Assembly (NCBI GenBank): GCA_001803795.1
Contig: MHEK01000082.1
Coordinates: 1-47,389, forward strand
Direction of reading: 5' to 3'
Length of the DNA stretch: 47,389 nucleotides
DNA from: Nitrospirae bacterium RBG_16_64_22
GTDB taxonomy: Bacteria; Nitrospirota; RBG-16-64-22
The first letter of the stretch is position 1. Every line of letters begins with the position of its first letter. The position numbers and the translations under genes are program-made. This document shows positions 18,408-26,371 of this stretch, piece by piece. The notes under the pieces are model-generated. The model worked only from the letters and a program-made list of their open reading frames with translations, was not told the origin of the DNA and made no database searches.

Positions 18408-18429
18408 AAATGATGCATTTGCATCATTT
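18408..18429. promoter_or_regulatory. 22-bp palindromic operator candidate (AAATGATGCA-tt-TGCATCATTT)
   Basis: Perfect 10-2-10 inverted repeat in the divergent rhodanese/GT2 promoter region. A 21/22 match is present at 28963-28984. Confidence 0.6.
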
Positions 18430-18489
18430 TGCGATTGGGCTAACCAGTGAAAATCACGGGACTTTTTTGTTGGGGAATTTGCCGGTAGA

Positions 18490-19560
18490 ATGACGGTGTC
18501 GGATTGGCCGGGAAATGGACTGAAACCACGGGTCATTGAGCATGGCGGGAGCATGGCGGCGAGCTTCGTTTCTGTAGTTATCCCCAATCGAAACGGCGAG
18601 GCGACGATCGGCAAGTGCCTCGAAGCGGTCTTCGCGTCGCGATACGAGCCGTTCGAGGTGATCGTCGTGGACGACGGCTCGGAGGACGGGTCTGTCGAGA
18701 TCATCAAGCGCTTCCCGTGCAGGCTGATCCGATTGGAAAGACACTCCGGTGCGGCCAGGGCCAGGAACGTCGGCGCGCAAGAGGCGAAGGGTGATATCCT
18801 CTTCTTCACCGACGCCGACTGCCTCCTGCAAGAAGACACGCTTTCAACCGCCGCCCGGGCGTCCGCCGAGGCAGGGCCGGACACGATCGTGGGGGGGACC
18901 TACACTCGAATTCCTCACGACCGGCGGTTCTTCAGCCTGTTCCAGTCCGTCTTCATCAACTATTCCGAGACGAAGAGGCCGGAGAATCCCGACTATATCG
19001 CGACCCATGCGATGATGATCGACGCCGGGCTCTTCCGCCGGCAGGGCGGCTTCGACGAGAGATTCCTTCCGATCCTGGAGGACGTTGAGTTCAGCCACCG
19101 GCTGAGGAAGGCGGGCGTCCGGCTCGTCATGAGGCCCGAGGTTCTGGTTCAGCACATCTTCAACTTCTCCATGCTGAGGTCCCTCCGGAACGCCCTGAGA
19201 AAATCGACGTACTGGACGGCCTATTCCCTTCTCCGCAAGGACGTGTTCGCCGATTCCGGTACAGCTTCGACGGCCCTCAAGACGAACGTGGCCGCCTTTT
19301 TCCTCAGTGCCTTCATCGCGGGGGCCGCCCTCGCCACGGGAGAGGCGGGCCTCTTGTGGCTGGTGCTTGCGCCCCTCGTGGCGAATCTCGCGGCCAGCGG
19401 CGGACTGCTCCGGGCGTTCGGCCGGGCCGGAGGGTGGGTTTTCGGTCTTCTGGCGGGGGGCTACTACGCGGGCGTCTATCCCCTGGCCGTGGGTCTCGGG
19501 GCTCTTGCGGGAACGATCAAGTACCTGGGCCTCCTCGCGCGACCGGGGGAGGTCCGGTGA
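18490..19560 (+). CDS. Family 2 glycosyltransferase with C-terminal transmembrane region
   Basis: VSVVIPNRNGEATIGKCLEAV, VIVVDDGSEDGS, ARARNVGAQEAKGDILFFTDADC, then hydrophobic C-terminal helices. The start is uncertain (ATG 18490 or 18553). Confidence 0.8.
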   Translation: MTVSDWPGNGLKPRVIEHGGSMAASFVSVVIPNRNGEATIGKCLEAVFASRYEPFEVIVVDDGSEDGSVEIIKRFPCRLIRLERHSGAARARNVGAQEAKGDILFFTDADCLLQEDTLSTAARASAEAGPDTIVGGTYTRIPHDRRFFSLFQSVFINYSETKRPENPDYIATHAMMIDAGLFRRQGGFDERFLPILEDVEFSHRLRKAGVRLVMRPEVLVQHIFNFSMLRSLRNALRKSTYWTAYSLLRKDVFADSGTASTALKTNVAAFFLSAFIAGAALATGEAGLLWLVLAPLVANLAASGGLLRAFGRAGGWVFGLLAGGYYAGVYPLAVGLGALAGTIKYLGLLARPGEVR

Positions 19561-20672
19561 TGCACTCGCCGTTCCGGCACGCCGGGTCCATCTTCCGGAA
19601 GGGAAGGCCCATCCATCTCACCTTCTTCGTGACGCGGAAGTGCAACCTGACATGTCCCTTCTGCTTCTATTTGAGGAGCAAGGAAGAAGAGGCCCGAGGG
19701 GCGTCGGAGGAGTTGTCTCTGGACGAGATCCGGCGGGTCTCCGCCTCCCTGGGGAGAATGCTCTGGATCGCGTTCTCGGGAGGGGAGCCGTTCCTGAGGG
19801 ACGATCTGGCGGAGATAGGCCGGGTCTTCTACGAGCAGAACAAACCCGCGGTAATGCTGTTTCCGACCAACGGGTCTCTCCCTGAACTGATCGAGGAGAA
19901 GACCGAGAGGATCCTCAGGGAGTGCCCGAACAGCGTCGTCGTCGTGAAGCTCTCCCTGGACGGGATCGGCGAGGCGCACGACGCCCTCCGCTTGGGCCGT
20001 GACAGCTTCTCGAAGACGATGGAGACCTGTAGCCGGCTCGGGAGGCTGATCGCCCGGTATCCGAACTTCGATCTGGGGATCAACACCGTCTTTTCCGCCG
20101 CGAACGAGGACCGGATGGACGAGATCATCGAGTTCGCCCGAGGCCTTGAACACGTCAAGACGCACACGATCTCGATGGTCCGCGGAGACCTCGCCGACGA
20201 GAGCTTCCTCCGGGCGGACGTTCGGAAGTACGAGCGCGCCGCCTCCCGGCTCGCCGAGAACATGAGGCAGGGAAGGTCTCCGCACTACCGGTTTCGGGGA
20301 GGGCGATTGAAGGCCGCGCAGGACATCCTCCAGCGGCGGCTGATCCACCGGACGGCCGTGGAGAAACGGAGGGTCGTCCCTTGCTGGGCTGGGCGGCTGA
20401 ACGTCGTCCTGAGCGAGACGGGCGAGGTGTTCCCGTGCGAGATCCTGACCGAGAGCCTCGGGAACGTGAGGGACAACGGATACGACGTGAGGCGGGTCCT
20501 TCGCTCAGAGATGGCGGGGAACGCGGTCCGGGCCATCCGGGAGGGCCGGTGCCACTGCACGCACGAATGCAACTTCATCATGAACATTCTCTTCAACGCG
20601 CGCCTGTACCCGGCCCTGTTCGGGGAGTATCTCCGGCTGGGCGGCGGAGAACGGCCCGCCCTTCGTCCATAA
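19560..20672 (+). CDS. Radical SAM protein with SPASM-type C-terminal Cys cluster
   Basis: Start ATG 19560 overlaps the GT2 stop by 1 nt. CNLTCPFC (CxxxCxxC), GGEPFL, and a C-terminal CWAGR...PCE...RCHCTHEC. Confidence 0.8.
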   Translation: MHSPFRHAGSIFRKGRPIHLTFFVTRKCNLTCPFCFYLRSKEEEARGASEELSLDEIRRVSASLGRMLWIAFSGGEPFLRDDLAEIGRVFYEQNKPAVMLFPTNGSLPELIEEKTERILRECPNSVVVVKLSLDGIGEAHDALRLGRDSFSKTMETCSRLGRLIARYPNFDLGINTVFSAANEDRMDEIIEFARGLEHVKTHTISMVRGDLADESFLRADVRKYERAASRLAENMRQGRSPHYRFRGGRLKAAQDILQRRLIHRTAVEKRRVVPCWAGRLNVVLSETGEVFPCEILTESLGNVRDNGYDVRRVLRSEMAGNAVRAIREGRCHCTHECNFIMNILFNARLYPALFGEYLRLGGGERPALRP

Positions 20673-22079
20673 CCAAAGAAGGCTCTTCATTCCCTTGAGC
20701 GCCGCCCGGACGTCGTTCAGGCCGCGGAGAGCGAGGAGGCGCCTCAGGATGAACGACGGGCGGCCGTAAAAGCGCTTGAAGGCGGTCCGGCGGAGCGCGG
20801 AGATTTCATCCCGGGTCATCGTGTGGGGAACGAACGCCGCGCCCTGGTAGGTATAGTCTCTCATGTCCGCCGAGAGCGTCCCGTACTTTGCGTAGTGATC
20901 GTGGAGGTGCGTTCCAGGGAACGGAGTGAGGGCGTGAAAGTTCGCCAGGTGGGGATCAAGCTCCAGGGCGAACTCGATCGTCTTCAAGCCGTCTTTGTAC
21001 GTCTCGCCGGGGATCCCGAAGATGAACGGCGTGCTGACCTTGAGGCCGGCCTCCTTGGCGGCCCGCACGGCGCGCCGCGTCTGTTCGAGCGTGATCCCCT
21101 TCCGGAGGGCGTTCAGGTTCTTCTGGACGCCGCTCTCCGCGCCGAGGAGGATCGCCCAACATCCGGCTTCCTTGAAGGCGCGCATCAGCGGGCCGTCCAC
21201 CTGACTCACGCAGGCCGAGGCGAACCAGGTGATGTCGAGCCGCCGGGCCTTGATTTCCCTGGCGAGATCCATCGCCCTGCCGTAGTCGGCCGCCAGCGTG
21301 TCGTCGAGGAACTTGATCTCCCGGTATCCCTGGCGGACGCAAAGCTCGATCTCCTCCAGGACGTTGCCGATGCTCCGGAAACGGACGCCGCGCGCGCCGC
21401 TCTTGCGCTCCCTGTCGATCTGGAAGCAGAAGATGCACCTCTTGTCGCAGCCGCGCGAGGTGATGAGGACGGCGACCGGCTTTCTCCGGTACGTCGCGGG
21501 CGGGGGGAGGTAATGGGCGGTGTCGCCCAGGAGCTCTCGGGCGGGGAAGGGGACGGCGTCGAGGTCTTCGATCAGCGGCCGGGGAGGGTTCTTGACGATC
21601 TCCCCGCTCTTCCTGCAGACGGTTCCCGGAACGCCGTGGAGGTCTTGGCCGCGTTCGAGCCGTTCCAGGATTTCCGGGACGGTCCGCTCGCCTTCTCCCG
21701 TCACGACGGCGTCGATGCGGCCGCCGTCCTCCCCCAGGCACCGCTCCTGAACCGCGATGGGGTAGGGGCCGCCGACGCAGGTGAAGATGCTCCGGTCGAG
21801 GGCCTTGATATCCTTCGCCGTCTCGCGCGCCTTGCCCCATCCGAATGCCGTGGAATAGATTCCGGCGAAATCGGGCCGGAAGCCGGCGACGGCGTGCAGG
21901 ATCTCGGCGCGGGCCATGAACGCGCCGTTGTAGAACCGGACTTCGTGGCCGGCTGAGAGGAGGCTTGCGCCGACGTAGAGGATCCCGAGGGGCTGCCAGT
22001 AGTTGATCTGGGACCCAGCCGTGCGCGGCGAGAAGATCTCGTCAGGCGTCCATGAGGGGACGATCAGGGCGCATTTCAT
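20505..22079 (-). CDS. B12-binding-domain radical SAM enzyme
   Basis: N-terminal cobalamin-binding style (MKCALIVPSW...PLGILYVGASLLSAGHEV), then ITSRGCDKRCIFCFQ (CxxxCxxC) and a TIM-barrel core. The 3-prime end overlaps the convergent SPASM gene by 168 nt. Confidence 0.85.
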   Translation of the reverse strand: MKCALIVPSWTPDEIFSPRTAGSQINYWQPLGILYVGASLLSAGHEVRFYNGAFMARAEILHAVAGFRPDFAGIYSTAFGWGKARETAKDIKALDRSIFTCVGGPYPIAVQERCLGEDGGRIDAVVTGEGERTVPEILERLERGQDLHGVPGTVCRKSGEIVKNPPRPLIEDLDAVPFPARELLGDTAHYLPPPATYRRKPVAVLITSRGCDKRCIFCFQIDRERKSGARGVRFRSIGNVLEEIELCVRQGYREIKFLDDTLAADYGRAMDLAREIKARRLDITWFASACVSQVDGPLMRAFKEAGCWAILLGAESGVQKNLNALRKGITLEQTRRAVRAAKEAGLKVSTPFIFGIPGETYKDGLKTIEFALELDPHLANFHALTPFPGTHLHDHYAKYGTLSADMRDYTYQGAAFVPHTMTRDEISALRRTAFKRFYGRPSFILRRLLALRGLNDVRAALKGMKSLLWLWTKGGPFSAAQPEILPEQGRVQARVEENVHDEVAFVRAVAPALPDGPDRVPRHL

Positions 22080-22249
22080 CCTAAAAACCGCAGATCACTC
22101 ACCGCAGAGGACCCCGATCCGATCGGGGGAGGAATATCTTTTCGGGCGGTTTTGATGCTCACCTGCCTGGTGAGATCGATGTGTCTTCCAATCCCTGGAA
22201 CTCCTTTGCGTTCTCTGCGTGCTCCGCGGTTCAACTGCTTTTTCTAGGT

Positions 22250-23677
22250 TCATGCGTTCAATTCCGCCAGATCGGTGTCTTCCCCGTCCATCTCGAAATC
22301 GGCGGGGGTCCGCGCGATGATCCGCTGTGCAGTGTCGATGCCGGCCGCGATTACATGGTCCATGTTCTGGTACCTGAAAGCGCCGGTCCGTCCCGCGACG
22401 TGAAGGTTCTCGAAGCGGCTCAGGTAGTCGAGGATCGTCCGATAGCTGTTCTCGTACCCGACCTCGAAGACCGGGTAGGCGTGGGGGACCCTCACGACGG
22501 CGGCGTCTTCCACTTCGTCCGGCTTGACGAAGCCGAGGCGCGCCAGGTGGGAAACCGTGTTTCCGACGAGCCGTTCGTCGGTTGTCCGCCAGGCGTCGTC
22601 GCCCTGGAAGCAGAAGTGCTCCGTGACGAGAAGCGTCTTTCCCTCGGGGGCCATCTTCCCGCTCCAGTTCGTGGGCTCGTGGATCCGTCCGAAAGGGACC
22701 GACCGTTCGGGAATGTAGATCCACGTCTGGTCCGTGACGCGCGGCCGGCCGATCATGACCGCGACGATGACGAGGTCTCGGTACCTGAGCCGCGCGGCGG
22801 CGCGGGCGACCTCCTCCGGGGGCCGGGGTCGGAGCATGTCGACCAGGGACGTGAGGGGAAGGGTGGAGACGAATTCCCCCCCCGCGAAATCGCCGGTGGA
22901 GCCGGGGCCGTCCACGGCCGCCCTTTCCAGCCTGAGGCCGTCGTGGCGCAGTTCGCAGACGCGGGCGTCGGTGAGGACCCGGCCGGTCCGCTCGATCCCT
23001 TCCCGAAGGTTCTCCGCGATCCGGCCGATGCCGCGCGCCGGATAGAGGAAACGGTCCGCAAGCGTAGCCATCCCGCCGTTGGCCGAGGGGAAGAGGGCCT
23101 CCTTGATCGCCCGGCGGAGGGACAGCCCCTGGATCCGCTGGTCGATCCACTCCATGCAGATCCGCTCGCAGTCGATTCCCCAGACCTTCTCGCTGTACTC
23201 CTTGAAGTAGATGTTGAACAGCGTCCGCCCAAAGCGGTCCACGACCCAGTCCTCGAGCGAGACGATCGGCGTCTCCTTGAACCCGCGGGCGATCCGCCGT
23301 CCGGCGTAATCCAGAAGGCTCCGGATCGTGGTCGGGACCCCGAGGCCGAACAGGGCGTTGAGCGGCCTCAGCGGGTAGTCGAAGTAGCGGTTATTGAGGA
23401 GGATCTTGCTCGTTCGCGGGACCGTGACGAGTTCGGCGCCCATCAGGCCGCCCAAGAAGGCCGCGACCTTCTCGTCTTTCGTGAAGAACCTGTGTCCGCC
23501 GAGGTCGAAACGGAACCCTCCTCGGACGATCGTCCTGGCCAGGCCGCCGACTTCGGGACCCCGCTCGAGGACTTGGACGCTCCGCCCGGCCCTCGAGAGG
23601 ACGAGACCGGCGGTCAGTCCGGTCAGGCCCCCGCCGAGGATGACGATCCGATCGCTAGCGTCCTTCGGGCGGTCCAA
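22250..23677 (-). CDS. FAD-dependent oxidoreductase, UDP-galactopyranose-mutase/amine-oxidase-like
   Basis: Dinucleotide fold IVILGGGLTGLTAGLVL...VLERGPEVGGLART, then FFTKD, FNIYFKEYSEKVWG. Confidence 0.75.
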   Translation of the reverse strand: MDRPKDASDRIVILGGGLTGLTAGLVLSRAGRSVQVLERGPEVGGLARTIVRGGFRFDLGGHRFFTKDEKVAAFLGGLMGAELVTVPRTSKILLNNRYFDYPLRPLNALFGLGVPTTIRSLLDYAGRRIARGFKETPIVSLEDWVVDRFGRTLFNIYFKEYSEKVWGIDCERICMEWIDQRIQGLSLRRAIKEALFPSANGGMATLADRFLYPARGIGRIAENLREGIERTGRVLTDARVCELRHDGLRLERAAVDGPGSTGDFAGGEFVSTLPLTSLVDMLRPRPPEEVARAAARLRYRDLVIVAVMIGRPRVTDQTWIYIPERSVPFGRIHEPTNWSGKMAPEGKTLLVTEHFCFQGDDAWRTTDERLVGNTVSHLARLGFVKPDEVEDAAVVRVPHAYPVFEVGYENSYRTILDYLSRFENLHVAGRTGAFRYQNMDHVIAAGIDTAQRIIARTPADFEMDGEDTDLAELNA

Positions 23678-23714
23678 TTCCTTCTCCCAGCCGCGCCCCG
23701 CCGCCTGCGCCGCG

Positions 23715-24182
23715 CTATTTCGCCAACAGCACGGGGACCGTCGCGCGGTTGGCCACTTCCTTCGTGACGTCGCCCATGAAGAGCTTGTCGAGCGTGCTTC
23801 GCGTGTTCCCGATGATGATCACGTCCACGCCTTCTTCCCCGGCCGTCTCGATGATCGTTTCGGCCACGTGCCCGGGCTTGCTGACAGCCTTGATCCGGGT
23901 CATGCCGCTCTTTTCGAGGAAAGCCTTGTGCGAATCGAGGATCGTCTTCGAGCCGCTTTCCAGATCGTCCTCGACATTCGTTCCCTGCAAGTCCTCCTGG
24001 ACGGTCGAGAGCTCGGCGTCGCTGATCCGGTCATGGGCCAGGGTCTTCCCGCCCAATTGCCGCACGTGCAGGAGGATCACCGACTCGAACGGCGTGTCCG
24101 AGAACAATCGGGCGCACGCCGCGACGGACGCGCGGGCGCCCTTTGAATCGTCCACCGGGACAAGAATCTTCTTGACGCTCAT
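23715..24182 (-). CDS. Universal stress protein (UspA family)
   Basis: Start ATG 24182 (MSVKKILVPVDDS) with GGAGG upstream. C-terminal GVDVIIIGNTRSTLDKLFMGDVTKEVANRATVPVLL. Confidence 0.85.
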   Translation of the reverse strand: MSVKKILVPVDDSKGARASVAACARLFSDTPFESVILLHVRQLGGKTLAHDRISDAELSTVQEDLQGTNVEDDLESGSKTILDSHKAFLEKSGMTRIKAVSKPGHVAETIIETAGEEGVDVIIIGNTRSTLDKLFMGDVTKEVANRATVPVLLAK

Positions 24183-24216
24183 GGGAGGCCTCCGTTTTGT
24201 TGGATCGCGCGGGTCT

Positions 24217-24546
24217 CTATCCCCCGCCTGGCGAGACGGTGTATGAGGGGACACCCGGGGCCGCGGCGGGGGCGGAAGCCGCGGCCGGGGCCCCGTAGCC
24301 GCCCGAAGGGGCTGACGGCGCCCCGTATCCTCCGGATGGCGCCGCCGGCGCGCCGTAACCGCCTGATGGCGCTCCGTATCCCCCCGACGGGGCTCCATAA
24401 CCTCCGGAAGGAGCTCCATACCCGCCCGCGACGGCGCCTCCTCCGGCGCCTCCCTTCGCCCCCGTGTGGGATGATACGGCGTATCCGATCAGGAAGCTCA
24501 ACCATGCGACAGCAACGAGAAACACGGTCCAAAGAGTCGTTTTCAC
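24217..24546 (-). CDS. Membrane-anchored Gly/Tyr-rich repeat protein (GGYGAPS x6)
   Basis: One N-terminal TM helix, then six GGYGAP(S/A) units. The units use different synonymous codons, so the peptide rather than the DNA appears conserved. Confidence 0.6.
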   Translation of the reverse strand: MKTTLWTVFLVAVAWLSFLIGYAVSSHTGAKGGAGGGAVAGGYGAPSGGYGAPSGGYGAPSGGYGAPAAPSGGYGAPSAPSGGYGAPAAASAPAAAPGVPSYTVSPGGG

Positions 24547-24583
24547 GATCGGTCCCCTGGGTGAAAAGTTGAGAGCGGCATCC

Positions 24584-24844
24584 CTAAGCCCGTTCGGCTT
24601 TCTTGACCGTCCACTTGTATTTCCCGCCGTTCGTCGTCTTCTCCGCTATCTCGTCCCCCGTCGTGTCGCACATCGACGCGATCGACTCGCCCGAGGACGG
24701 GTTGTCGAAGATGATCTCCAGCGTGTCTCCGGTCCGCATCTTCTCCAGGGCCTTCTTCGTGTAGAGCTGGGGGTGCGGGCAGACGTATCCCGTCACGTCC
24801 AGCAGGAAAGCGCCTTCACCCTTTTTCTCGAACTTCATTGCCAT
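24584..24844 (-). CDS. TusA/SirA/YedF-family sulfur carrier
   Basis: 86 aa. LDVTGYVCPHPQL (CPxP active-site motif). Lies immediately downstream of YeeE/YedE. Confidence 0.85.
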   Translation of the reverse strand: MAMKFEKKGEGAFLLDVTGYVCPHPQLYTKKALEKMRTGDTLEIIFDNPSSGESIASMCDTTGDEIAEKTTNGGKYKWTVKKAERA

Positions 24845-24895
24845 GACTCACCCTCCCTTTTTCTGGATGTCTTTCTGTTTTGTTGGTGACTGGCT

Positions 24896-24919
24896 CTCAG
24901 CGGTCAGCCGTCAGCCGAG
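24896..24919 (+). repeat. Short GGTCAGC-type octamer array
   Basis: ctcagcggtcagccgtcagccgag lies between yeeE-like and tusA-like. It is the same unit type as 35271-35296. Confidence 0.6.
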
Positions 24920-24937
24920 ATGCCGAACACCTCCCTA

Positions 24938-26371
24938 TTATAGGTCACACGCGGCCATTTCCTTGGCCATCTTTCTATCCGTGTACCAGTTGAAGAACTT
25001 CACGCCGAGAAAAGCCCCGCCGATCATCCCGATCCCGAAGAGCCACCCCGAAACGTCGCCCTGGGAGACGCGGACGAAGAAGGCGCCGATGTTGCACCCG
25101 AGACCGAGCCGGGAGCCGATCCCCATGAGCGCCCCGCCGATCACCGCCCACATCGCGAGCTCGAGGGTGGGCGCCTTCCACTTGAACTCGTTGTGGGAAA
25201 GGGCCATGACGGCGGCGCCGAAAATCAGGGCGATCGACATCCAGTCCGCGGGGTTGATCAGCGGGTTCGGGATGCCGTTGTTGAGGCCGAAGTATATGTT
25301 GTCCATGTTGTCCGCGCCGAGCTTGTTGAACACCCACCCCACCCACTGCGCCTCCTGCGTCGTCACGTACCAGTAGCCGGGGTCGAAGACGGTGCCCTTC
25401 TCGGAGAGGCCGAACGTGATCCCCATCCTCTGCATCAGCTCGCCGAAGTTCTGGACGCCGAACTTGACCTGAAGCCCCTTCATCACGAACATGTGGAGGC
25501 CCGCCGCGATTCCCAGGATCAGTCCGGCGATCGCCGTCCGCTTGGAGGCGGCGATCATGCCCCAGTAACCGGCGAGCTCGACGCCGAGACCGGAGCTGGG
25601 CAGACCTTCCTTCTTCCGCTTGCCCAGGAAGGACTTCCGCACCCAGATGAGATAGACCCCGAGGAGGATCAACGCCGCGGGCAGGATGATGCCCACGAGA
25701 ACGTTCCCCACGTAGGCCGCGAGGAACGGGTTCTTGAACTTCACGATTTCGGCGTACGACGTGGTCGGGAGGTTCCACACGTGGCCGGCCAGGAACTGGT
25801 CCACCCACCCGTCGCCCGCGTTGATCGAGGCGGGGAGCCCCTTGGCGACGGCCGAGTCGTGCCAGGACTGCGGGGCCAGCTTGTTGGCCCAGCCGCCGAT
25901 GTCCGCGAAGATCGCCTGCGTCACGCTGATCGAAAGGATCACGAGGAAGGCCACGCCGTTCCCCTCTCCGGCCTTGTAGAGCGAGCCGGAGGCGCACCCT
26001 CCAGTCAGGACCATCCCGACGCCGAAGATGAGCCCGGCGATGACGGCGTGAACGCCGTAGGGCGCGGAGTGGAACGTGCTCATCCCGACGGCCGTGACGA
26101 AGGCTGAGACGAGGCCGAAGAGGGCCATCGCGATCATGATCCCGACGGCCATCCGGGGGACGCCGACGGCGAAGAGGTCCCGGAACGCCGAGGAGAAGCA
26201 GAACCGACCGTACTGGAGGCTCATGCCGTAGATGAAGCCGAACCACAAGTAAGCCGTGAGGTAGATGTAGTACTCGTTCATCGCGTACGTGACGATGCTG
26301 ACGACGGACAGGAACACCACGATGGCTAGAATCCAGAGCTGATTTTTCCGGTTTGTTTCATCCATTGCCAT
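24938..26371 (-). CDS. YeeE/YedE-family (thio)sulfate/selenium-type transporter, 477 aa long form
   Basis: Polytopic membrane protein with the conserved Cys loops (QYGRFCFSSAF, LTGGCASGSLYKAGEGN, LGLGCNIGAFF). Confidence 0.85.
   Translation of the reverse strand: MAMDETNRKNQLWILAIVVFLSVVSIVTYAMNEYYIYLTAYLWFGFIYGMSLQYGRFCFSSAFRDLFAVGVPRMAVGIMIAMALFGLVSAFVTAVGMSTFHSAPYGVHAVIAGLIFGVGMVLTGGCASGSLYKAGEGNGVAFLVILSISVTQAIFADIGGWANKLAPQSWHDSAVAKGLPASINAGDGWVDQFLAGHVWNLPTTSYAEIVKFKNPFLAAYVGNVLVGIILPAALILLGVYLIWVRKSFLGKRKKEGLPSSGLGVELAGYWGMIAASKRTAIAGLILGIAAGLHMFVMKGLQVKFGVQNFGELMQRMGITFGLSEKGTVFDPGYWYVTTQEAQWVGWVFNKLGADNMDNIYFGLNNGIPNPLINPADWMSIALIFGAAVMALSHNEFKWKAPTLELAMWAVIGGALMGIGSRLGLGCNIGAFFVRVSQGDVSGWLFGIGMIGGAFLGVKFFNWYTDRKMAKEMAACDL

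Noticed and set aside
18395-18430. Sigma-54 promoter reading of the palindrome region (GG ... TGCA)
   Set aside because: The GG-to-GC spacing is 9 or 15 nt at this site and 13 nt at 28955-28975, rather than the canonical 12 of TGGCAC-N5-TTGCW. The symmetric 10-2-10 structure fits an operator better.
18490-22079. Assignment of the GT2 and B12-rSAM as hopanoid side-chain genes HpnI/HpnJ (a squalene-synthase-family gene is in the window)
   Set aside because: The B12-rSAM N-terminus does not resemble the HpnJ/BchE-type start I recall. No hpnK or hpnH-like gene is adjacent, and the synthase gene is 9 kb away in a different context. I left these genes as uncharacterised.
22080-22249. 170-nt spacer between the flavoprotein and B12-rSAM genes as an attenuator (nested stems aaaaccgc/gcggtttt, ccccgatc/gatcgggg)
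   Set aside because: Hairpins are present, but there is no second copy and no clear terminator/antiterminator alternative that I could define by eye. The evidence is too weak to report as a finding.
24179-24572. Alternate-frame ORFs over the GGYGAPS repeat (117 aa minus, 109 aa plus)
   Set aside because: Their Arg-rich translations lack structure. The GGYGAPS frame has an N-terminal TM helix and synonymous-codon variation that supports it as the coding frame.
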